From an uncultured Gammaproteobacteria bacterium (GTDB taxonomy: Bacteria > Patescibacteriota > Microgenomatia > UBA8517): DNA of 64,000 nt. The translations under genes were made by a program, and so were the position numbers. Positions within the stretch are counted from its first letter, which is position 1; each line of letters begins with the position of its first letter. The notes beneath the pieces are model-generated. The model did not search any database. It was not told the origin of the DNA and worked only from the letters and a program-made list of their open reading frames with translations. The stretch spans positions 393,152 to 457,151 of the forward strand of contig CAZOVJ010000001.1 in assembly GCA_964583685.1 (NCBI GenBank), in the 5' to 3' direction. This document shows positions 57,488 through 64,000 of this stretch, one piece after another.

Positions 57488-58126
57488 CTATTTATATTTA
57501 ATCCTCAATCTCTCTAAAAGAATGGCATCCGCTTCACATATATCAAGGGTATCTTCCAGGGTATGGATAATTTCCTTCCATTTCATAATTGACATAAAAC
57601 CCTTTCCATCAAACATCGAGGTTCTTTCCCCCATCAAATTCTCCAAAGATTGCCTGTGCAGCTTGTCTCCCTCATCCTCCAAATCGTGCAATTTTTTGTA
57701 ACAAGAAGCAAAATCTTTTGAATCCATCTCATAATCCTTGACCATAACCATACCTTGGTGAATCAGCTCAGTCGCTTGCAAAATCAATTGGGAGAATTCT
57801 TTTAAGGCCGGATTGCTTTTAGTAATCCGGTAGATTTTAAGACGGTTTGTTACTTGCTCAAGGTTGTCGACTATATCATCTAGGGATTCTGTTAATTCTT
57901 TAATATCTTCTTTATCCAAGGGCAAGATAAATCTTTTTTCAATTTCATCAGTAATCTTGTGGACCATCTTATCTGCTTGGTCCTCCAATTTCTCAAATGC
58001 GAGGCTGTCTTTCTTCAGGTTTCTTAAATTAAAAACAATTTTCTGGAATAATTGGGCGGATTTTTTAACTATCAATGCCTGCTTTACCAGATCTTCAAAA
58101 ATTCTTGATTTCTTGGGTAAGAACAT
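57488..58126 (-). CDS. DUF47/PhoU-like phosphate transport regulator
   Basis: LEDQAD..FILPLDKEDI..LDDIVD, LEDEGD, LEDTLD.CE; adjacent to pit. Confidence 0.88.
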   Translation of the reverse strand: MFLPKKSRIFEDLVKQALIVKKSAQLFQKIVFNLRNLKKDSLAFEKLEDQADKMVHKITDEIEKRFILPLDKEDIKELTESLDDIVDNLEQVTNRLKIYRITKSNPALKEFSQLILQATELIHQGMVMVKDYEMDSKDFASCYKKLHDLEDEGDKLHRQSLENLMGERTSMFDGKGFMSIMKWKEIIHTLEDTLDICEADAILLERLRIKYK

Positions 58127-58169
58127 TCCCACGTTAGTGTAGCACAAAAATTATAGTACAATAGGATTA

Positions 58170-58880
58170 ATGAAAATAGATATTCTCACCCTTTTCCCCC
58201 AGATGTTTAAGGGACCCTTTGATGAATCAATCCTTCGGCGAGCTCAGGATAAAGGTTTGCTGGAAATTAATATCCATAATCTCCGGGATTGGGCTGTTGA
58301 CAAACACAAAAGCGTTGACGACAGACCATATGGAGGTGGGACAGGAATGGTACTAATGATCGAGCCAATATATAAAGCCCTCAAAAATATCCGATCACCA
58401 GTCACTAGTCACCGTTCACTGGTTATTCTCCTCACTCCCCAAGGTAAATTCTTTAACCAAAAAAAGGCACAAGAACTTTCCAAGCTTGAACATTTAATTT
58501 TAATTGCCGGCCATTACGAAGGTTTTGACGAAAGAATAAGACGACATTTGGTTGATGAGGAGCTCTCAATTGGTGATTATGTTTTGACTGGTGGAGAACT
58601 TCCGGCCATGGTTGTCAGCGACGCAATTGTCCGTCTCATTCCTGGAGTTCTCGAAAAACCCGAAGCTACCAAAAACGAGTCCTTTTCACCGACTACTGTT
58701 CACCCTTCACCGTTCACCGTTTTAGAATACCCCCAATACACTCGGCCGGAAACCTTCAAGGGCTGGAAAGTCCCGAAGATTCTTCTTTCCGGCAATCATC
58801 AGGAAATTGAAAAATGGAGAAAAGAAAAGGCAATCACCCGCACCAAATCCCAACGGCCAGACCTTTTAAGAGGTCTGTAA
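58170..58880 (+). CDS. trmD: tRNA (guanine37-N1)-methyltransferase
   Basis: [55 protein letters not shown]. Confidence 0.97.
   Translation: MKIDILTLFPQMFKGPFDESILRRAQDKGLLEINIHNLRDWAVDKHKSVDDRPYGGGTGMVLMIEPIYKALKNIRSPVTSHRSLVILLTPQGKFFNQKKAQELSKLEHLILIAGHYEGFDERIRRHLVDEELSIGDYVLTGGELPAMVVSDAIVRLIPGVLEKPEATKNESFSPTTVHPSPFTVLEYPQYTRPETFKGWKVPKILLSGNHQEIEKWRKEKAITRTKSQRPDLLRGL
58393..58420. repeat. Heptamer array in trmD (nnTCACY x4)
   Basis: gatcacc agtcact agtcacc gttcact; encodes [10 protein letters not shown]. Confidence 0.8.
58684..58718. repeat. Second heptamer array in trmD (GTTCACC-like x5)
   Basis: tttcacc gactact gttcacc cttcacc gttcacc; encodes [11 protein letters not shown]. Confidence 0.8.
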
Positions 58881-59771
58881 TTGCCTTGCAAATTCATCGA
58901 CTGCTTTCTGCCAGGTTCTAAACTCTATTCCTAGGATCCTTTGCGTTTTTCCAGATTCCAATCCTCCAACTTTTGGTCGTGGAGTCCGACCCGGTTGTTC
59001 TAAATACTCTTTTACAGAACCCTTCTTAACCACTCTTTTTACACCCCTTGTCTTTTCCAAAAGATAATTTGCAAATTCATATGGGCTAGTAAGATTGCTG
59101 CTGGCAATATGATATACTCCAGATTTTCTTAGTCTCAATAATCTATGTAAACCTTCACATAGTTCATCAATAAAAGTCGGGGTTATTTTTTGATCAGCAA
59201 ACATTGGATAAAGTTCCCCTTTGTCAAAAAGTGTAAGGATATTCCGTGCAAAATCTGGCTTCCCGCTAAAATGGGCTCTGTAGGGATAGGAAATTCTGAC
59301 AATGGCAAAATTCCCACCAACCTTACTTATCTCCTTTTCAGCCATTAATTTCGTCCACCCATACCAACTAATTTTATCTGCACCTTCGACTAACTCTGAA
59401 TCTTCATTGTAAGGACCAGGACAATCTTCTGTGGCAGGAAATACGAAATCTGTTGAGATATAAACCAAAAAGCCATTTTTTCTCTTAGCGACCAATTTTG
59501 CTAGATTCCTAGTTCCCTCCACGTTCACTTTCCAAACATTCCCCTTTTCATCTCCTCTTTCCCTTTCGGCAAGATCCACATTGGTAAAGGCTGCAAAATG
59601 CACAACAATCGCCGGTTTCATGTCATTAAAGAATTCTCGCAAGGCCTCTTCATTTCTAATATCCAATTCGCCAATCTCTGGAGAAAGTGGTTCATACTTT
59701 TCAGGAAGAGTTTCTAAAAAGCGAGAACCAACCAAACCTGCAGACCCCGTAATGTAAATTTTCTTTTTCAT
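58866..59771 (-). CDS. rmlD: dTDP-4-dehydrorhamnose reductase
   Basis: [38 protein letters not shown]. Confidence 0.9.
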   Translation of the reverse strand: MKKKIYITGSAGLVGSRFLETLPEKYEPLSPEIGELDIRNEEALREFFNDMKPAIVVHFAAFTNVDLAERERGDEKGNVWKVNVEGTRNLAKLVAKRKNGFLVYISTDFVFPATEDCPGPYNEDSELVEGADKISWYGWTKLMAEKEISKVGGNFAIVRISYPYRAHFSGKPDFARNILTLFDKGELYPMFADQKITPTFIDELCEGLHRLLRLRKSGVYHIASSNLTSPYEFANYLLEKTRGVKRVVKKGSVKEYLEQPGRTPRPKVGGLESGKTQRILGIEFRTWQKAVDEFARQLQTS

Positions 59772-60334
59772 TTGTTTTCAAATTTTCCTGGAAATAGTTC
59801 TCTAAGCGTTGAGTTTTCTCTATCTCTTTCCGAAAGAGTGGGGCTTTTTATGGGCCAGTTTATATTTAAGTCCGGGTCATTCCAGGCGACTGCGCGTGTA
59901 TCTTTACCATCATAATAAGCATCAACTAAGTAGACATAATGAACTGGCTGGTCGCCTACAACACAAATAGAGTTTGCCAAGCCCTTGGGAATAAAAAGTG
60001 CTTTTGGATCAACTTCGTCAAGCTCAAATGTCTCAACCTTTCCAAAAGTGTCCGAATCGGGTCTTATATCAACAATTGCGGCAAACATTTTCCCTGTAAT
60101 AGGGTAAACCAACTTGTTCCAATCTTCTGCATGTAGAGCTCTGATAACTCCTGGCATTGAAAGTGAGTGATTCCATTGCACGGGCTTAAAATCTATACCA
60201 CTAACCTCTTTCAGTTCTCTATGTCTGAAAACCTCCCTGAAAAATCCCCTGTCATCTGGATAAGTCGGCCTTTCAATAACTAGAAGTCCAGGAATGGAGG
60301 TAGTTTTTATATAGTCACTTTTTTGCTTTTTCAT
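59768..60334 (-). CDS. rmlC: dTDP-4-dehydrorhamnose 3,5-epimerase
   Basis: DDRGFFRE, NHSLS..GVIRALH, VDIRPDS.TFG, WNDPDLNINWP, LSERD. Confidence 0.9.
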   Translation of the reverse strand: MKKQKSDYIKTTSIPGLLVIERPTYPDDRGFFREVFRHRELKEVSGIDFKPVQWNHSLSMPGVIRALHAEDWNKLVYPITGKMFAAIVDIRPDSDTFGKVETFELDEVDPKALFIPKGLANSICVVGDQPVHYVYLVDAYYDGKDTRAVAWNDPDLNINWPIKSPTLSERDRENSTLRELFPGKFENK

Positions 60335-61319
60335 AAAACTTCTCAGCCTTCTTCTTCAAAGGCCGCCACCATTGTTCACTGTCTTTATACCAATTAACAG
60401 TCTTTTCAAGCCAGATATCAAAATCATATTTAGGCTTCCAGCTAAGTTCTCTCTTGATTTTACCCCAATTGACCGCATAGCGCCTGTCATGACCCGGCCT
60501 GTCTTTAACAAACTTTAGATAAGATTGATCTTTGGCAAAAATCGCTAATAATTTCTTGGCAATTTGCAAATTATCAATATCTTTTGTTAACCCACCAACT
60601 AAATAAGTTTCCCCAGTTTTCCCTTTTTTCAAAACCAAATCAATTGCTCGACAATGATCTTCCACATATAGCCAATCACGAACATATCTCCCATCACCAT
60701 AAATTGGGAGTTTTTTATCATCTATCAAATTAGTAATCATTCGGGGAATAAACTTTTCTGGATCCTGATGAGGGCCGAAATTATTTGAACAATTGCTAAT
60801 GGTTATCGCTAAACCATATGTTTCATGATAGGCCCGAACCAAATGGTCTGAAGCTGCCTTGGAAGCAGCATAGGGACTGCGCGGGGCATAAGAAGTCTTT
60901 TCATCAAATTTCTTTTCTGAATGCAAGGGAAGCGAGCCAAAACATTCATCAGTACTAACATGATGAAATCTTCTGACTTTATGTTTGAGGGCAGCATCCA
61001 TCAGAACCTGGGTTCCAATAACATTGGTCATCATAAAAATTTGTGGACCGACAATGGAGCGGTCTACATGGCTTTCGGCAGCGAAGTGGACAACATAATC
61101 AACATTCTTCATGGCCTTATTAACAACCTTTGGATTGCAAATATCACCCTTAATAAATTTGTAATTTTTATTATTAGAAAAATCTTTAGTTGAAGAAAGA
61201 TGGCCGGCATAAGTTAATTTGTCTAAGTTAACAATTCTGTCACTCGGATACTTCTTAAACCAATAGCGAATGAAGTTCGAGCCAATAAAGCCTGCCCCCC
61301 CTGTAACTAAAAGTTTCAT
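60315..61319 (-). CDS. rmlB: dTDP-glucose 4,6-dehydratase
   Basis: VTGGAGFIGSNF, DKLTYAG, AAESHVDRSI, VSTDE, YAASKA, DRPGHDRRY. Confidence 0.96.
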   Translation of the reverse strand: MKLLVTGGAGFIGSNFIRYWFKKYPSDRIVNLDKLTYAGHLSSTKDFSNNKNYKFIKGDICNPKVVNKAMKNVDYVVHFAAESHVDRSIVGPQIFMMTNVIGTQVLMDAALKHKVRRFHHVSTDECFGSLPLHSEKKFDEKTSYAPRSPYAASKAASDHLVRAYHETYGLAITISNCSNNFGPHQDPEKFIPRMITNLIDDKKLPIYGDGRYVRDWLYVEDHCRAIDLVLKKGKTGETYLVGGLTKDIDNLQIAKKLLAIFAKDQSYLKFVKDRPGHDRRYAVNWGKIKRELSWKPKYDFDIWLEKTVNWYKDSEQWWRPLKKKAEKFYEKAKK

Positions 61320-61321
61320 TT

Positions 61322-62038
61322 TTACTTCCGGGCTTTTTTAGCCCAGTGTTTATTTACCTCAAGCAGGCTCTCAAAAGTCCCGGCATCGCTCCAAAAACCC
61401 TTAAGAAGAGTCCAATTAAGCTTGCCTTCTTTTAAATAAAGATTATTTAAATCTGTTACCTCTAACTCTCCGCGTCTAGAAGGTTTAAGTTTTTTTATCT
61501 TGTCAAAAACTGTCTTGTCATAAACGTAAAGACCTGTAACAGCATAGTCTGACTTTGGTTTTTTAGGTTTTTCTTCAATTCTGATTATCTTTTTTCTGAT
61601 GTTAAAAACAGGAACTCCAAAACGCTCAGGGTCTGATACTTCTTTAAGAAAAACAAGAGATCCCCCCTCAAAAGACTGAACTTGTTTCTGGATATCGGCG
61701 TCAGTGCAGTTGTCACCCAGGATTGCACAAATTGAACCTTCGTCCGAAAAATCTTTAGCCAGATACAGGGCATCAGAAATACCACCGTCATTCTCCTGAT
61801 AAGCATATTCCAAATGTTTAACTCCAAGCTCCTCCCCGTTTTTTAAGACACGAACAAAATGGCCGGCATAAGGTCCTCCAACAACAACTAAAATTTCTTT
61901 AATACCCGCCTTGACTAGGGTTTGAATGGGATAAAAAATCATTGGTTTGTTATAAACCGGAAGAAGATGTTTATTGGTAGCAAAAGTTAGAGGATAAAGG
62001 CGGCTACCCAATCCGCCAGCTAAAACTACTCCTTTCAT
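61322..62038 (-). CDS. rmlA: Glucose-1-phosphate thymidylyltransferase
   Basis: MKGVVLAGGLGSRLYPLT, KHLLPVYNKPMI, LGDN, EEKP, RGELEVTD, WSDAGT; start corrected to ATG 62038. Confidence 0.93.
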   Translation of the reverse strand: MKGVVLAGGLGSRLYPLTFATNKHLLPVYNKPMIFYPIQTLVKAGIKEILVVVGGPYAGHFVRVLKNGEELGVKHLEYAYQENDGGISDALYLAKDFSDEGSICAILGDNCTDADIQKQVQSFEGGSLVFLKEVSDPERFGVPVFNIRKKIIRIEEKPKKPKSDYAVTGLYVYDKTVFDKIKKLKPSRRGELEVTDLNNLYLKEGKLNWTLLKGFWSDAGTFESLLEVNKHWAKKARK

Positions 62039-62060
62039 ACTATAAAAGATTATATCAAAC

Positions 62061-62564
62061 TTAGGCGTGCTTGTCCGCCACCGATGAAGCTCCCCAAGAA
62101 TCCGGCTTGGTTTTGGCCACAAAACCATTTCCGTTGACCATACCCACTACCTCACGAATCATTTCTCGAGTAGAGCCAAAAGGGCCAACGTCAATGTGGA
62201 TTTCCAAATCGTATTTGGCTGGGGTAATTGCCTGCCTCAATTTGGGAACAAATTCTTCAGCCGTATCTAAAGACCTTAAAGTCTCAAGATATATTTTTTC
62301 TCGCAGCCTGGGTACTTTTTTAATCTTTTCCTTTCTCCAAAAATAACGAGCTCCCCGGCCTTTCCTATGAATGACGACTGCCGTTACAAAATCAGTCTCA
62401 GACCGACCATTGATTCTTCTCACCTGAGAATCTGTACCAATAACCAATCTATAGAAACTACTTGGTTCTTCATCTACAAATTTAGAAATCTCTTCTATCA
62501 TCCGAGAAGAACTCAAAAAACCCTGAGACGGGCTGCAAAATTGCTTATTCACGGTCTTTTTCAC
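62061..62564 (-). CDS. RNase H-like YkuK-family protein
   Basis: LVIGTDSQ, LREKIYLE, EIHIDVG, ASSVAD; TATAAT lies 6 nt before GTG. Confidence 0.8.
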   Translation of the reverse strand: MKKTVNKQFCSPSQGFLSSSRMIEEISKFVDEEPSSFYRLVIGTDSQVRRINGRSETDFVTAVVIHRKGRGARYFWRKEKIKKVPRLREKIYLETLRSLDTAEEFVPKLRQAITPAKYDLEIHIDVGPFGSTREMIREVVGMVNGNGFVAKTKPDSWGASSVADKHA

Positions 62565-62617
62565 GCCTAAATTATACCTCTAAAAACCAACTAAATCAAA
62601 CACGTTTTTACAAACAC

Positions 62618-62878
62618 TCAAGCACTAAAAATCAAAGAAAAAACAACCACCAAGCCCAAAGCGGCCACGAGGATATATTCAATCAGTACAGCTAAACAAA
62701 AATCTCTACGGATCAGGTGGTGGATTATACCCCAGGTAACATAGGCTATGGCTAGAGCTATGGCTACGGCTATTTGAAAAGCTCTGTCATAGGAAAAAAA
62801 CCAAAAAGCAATTACTCCGGCCAAAAGTATACCCAAAAGAGCCAAATAATGAGGTAATTGTTTTGCTATGTGCTTCAT
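62618..62878 (-). CDS. Small hypothetical membrane protein (3 TM)
   Basis: 86 aa, hydrophobic; overlaps the stop of the CAP gene. Confidence 0.65.
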   Translation of the reverse strand: MKHIAKQLPHYLALLGILLAGVIAFWFFSYDRAFQIAVAIALAIAYVTWGIIHHLIRRDFCLAVLIEYILVAALGLVVVFSLIFSA

Positions 62879-63765
62879 AAAATTCTTCCTGCTTTAGCCA
62901 ATAAAACTATTGCCAAAATCATGCCCAAAAAGGCCAAATGAGCCAATGAACGCCCAGCAACTCTACTTATCCTTCGCTTGTGAACAATCAAAGCATCAAT
63001 AATTATGACTGTAAACAATAAGCCAACCAATCCTAGAAAGAAAACTTGACTAATCTTAAGGGGTGAAACAACTATTTTTTCTTTGGCAATTAGAGAACTA
63101 ATCCGCGGCTGTTTTTCTTGAACAGGACTAACCTTCTGAGAAGGAGGTTTGACTGGTGTTTCGCTAGAAACAATGGGGGCAATGGCTGCTTTATCGCTAA
63201 ACTCGCTGCCAAAAAACTGGACAATCAAAGTTGTTTCAACTCCGTTTAAATCTCCCTCTATTACCGCTACTCCAATTTCCTTATATTTTGAAGAAAGTAG
63301 ATTTTCCCGATGGGTGGTGGAGGCCATCCAGGCATCAATGATAGAGTTGGGATTTGAAAAATCTCGAGCTAAATTCTCGCCGGCAAAATGATATTGATAG
63401 CCAGCGTTAAGAAAAAACTTCCAGGGCTCGGTCCCGTCAGGAGCTACATGGGCCCAATAATTTTTGTTTAACATATCAGTAGCCTTGGCCAAAGCTGCCT
63501 GAGACAAAACCGGATTTATCTTAAGAGAAGCCACACCGGTGGCTAATCTTCTCTCGTTGGTTAGCCTAACTACCTCTCCAGGAGAAATATTGGCACTATA
63601 ACCCAATATTCGGATTCCTAAAGAAGGCAGAAATCCAATTACAACCTGATAGCAAAGAATGACGCCAACTAAAAGAAAGAGACTTGATGAATGTAAAATC
63701 TTTGCCCGCTGATTATTGGATTCTCTAGGAGAAAATAGATGCAGTAAATTATGGGCAAGTTCCAT
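62875..63765 (-). CDS. Membrane-anchored CAP/SCP-domain protein
   Basis: LTNERR, AKATDML..YWAH, AGENLA, AWMASTTHRENLL, EIGVAV; N- and C-terminal TM segments. Confidence 0.9.
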   Translation of the reverse strand: MELAHNLLHLFSPRESNNQRAKILHSSSLFLLVGVILCYQVVIGFLPSLGIRILGYSANISPGEVVRLTNERRLATGVASLKINPVLSQAALAKATDMLNKNYWAHVAPDGTEPWKFFLNAGYQYHFAGENLARDFSNPNSIIDAWMASTTHRENLLSSKYKEIGVAVIEGDLNGVETTLIVQFFGSEFSDKAAIAPIVSSETPVKPPSQKVSPVQEKQPRISSLIAKEKIVVSPLKISQVFFLGLVGLLFTVIIIDALIVHKRRISRVAGRSLAHLAFLGMILAIVLLAKAGRIL

Positions 63766-63775
63766 TCATTTCATC

Positions 63776-63998
63776 TTAACTTCCAGCAGCCGGGGAATCA
63801 ACTAAGGAAAGAAGAAAGTCTGGCAAGAAAAGAACGGATATTTCGTGATTTGAGGCTAAAAAGTCCTTGATGGCGAGAGAAAATTAGGGCCAGCTTTTTT
63901 CTTTTTTCAAAACCTTTTGTTACTAGATAAGCTGCTATAAGCCCAACCAAGAGAAATCTTAGTTTTTCTTCCAGAGTCAGACCCTGACTAACAATAGC
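63776..63998 (-). CDS. 3' end of a hypothetical protein entering from beyond the window
   Basis: Hand translation gives an open frame AIVSQGLTLEEKLRFLLVGLIAAYLV...PAAGS*. Confidence 0.35.
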
Positions 63999-64000
63999 TC

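Noticed and set aside
62039-62128. N-terminal extension of rmlA in the ORF track (and similar extensions at 7713, 23323, 46857, 51608)
   Set aside because: They overlap neighbouring genes. Downstream starts fit the family N-termini and the coupling or promoter signals.
62740-62775. GCTATG-like 6-bp periodicity
   Set aside because: It reflects alternating Ala codons in a TM helix (IAVAIALAIA).
661-63391. Many 60-150 aa ORFs in the track that are antisense to or nested in long genes (for example 8039-8362, 24930-25301, 38490-38954, 54067-54480)
   Set aside because: They are shadow frames of well-supported genes and have no recognisable motifs.
1-64000. CRISPR array, tRNA/rRNA, transposase or integrase
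   Set aside because: No regularly spaced repeat-spacer pattern, cloverleaf or catalytic motif was seen by eye. A tRNAscan/Infernal run would be needed to exclude RNA genes fully.
1-64000. Poly-A/T runs as phase-variation tracts
   Set aside because: They are short, expected from Lys/Phe codons in AT-rich DNA, and no frameshifted gene was found.
1-64000. Alternative genetic code (TGA read as Gly or Trp)
   Set aside because: Genes are full length under code 11 and TGA ends many of them at ATGA overlaps.

Overview
A gene-dense, AT-rich bacterial window (TGA is used as stop; most genes overlap or abut). Gene content and style suggest a CPR/Patescibacteria genome, possibly Microgenomates; this is inference. 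About 53 kb (1-53475) is one very large surface-glycosylation locus. It holds about 24 GT-C-fold polytopic membrane glycosyltransferase-like genes in several subfamilies (ArnT/PMT-like, PF10131/YfhO-like, PIG-M/PIG-V-like), 11 GT2 genes (5 look like polyprenol-phosphate-sugar synthases, one fused to GtrA), 2 GT4 genes, a Wzx-type flippase and a SAM methyltransferase. It is followed by a MacAB-like ABC exporter, PiT plus DUF47, trmD, rmlABCD, a YkuK-like RNase H-fold gene and a CAP-domain gene. Two sub-gene patterns recur inside intact ORFs: about 12 short tandem arrays with a strict 7-bp period in several unrelated sequence families, and about 8 short GC-rich palindromic or REP-like inserts. 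Most transcription-unit heads have a -10 box 6-8 nt before the start codon, suggesting leaderless mRNAs. No rRNA, tRNA, CRISPR array or transposase was seen. All family calls come from reading motifs, not from database searches.
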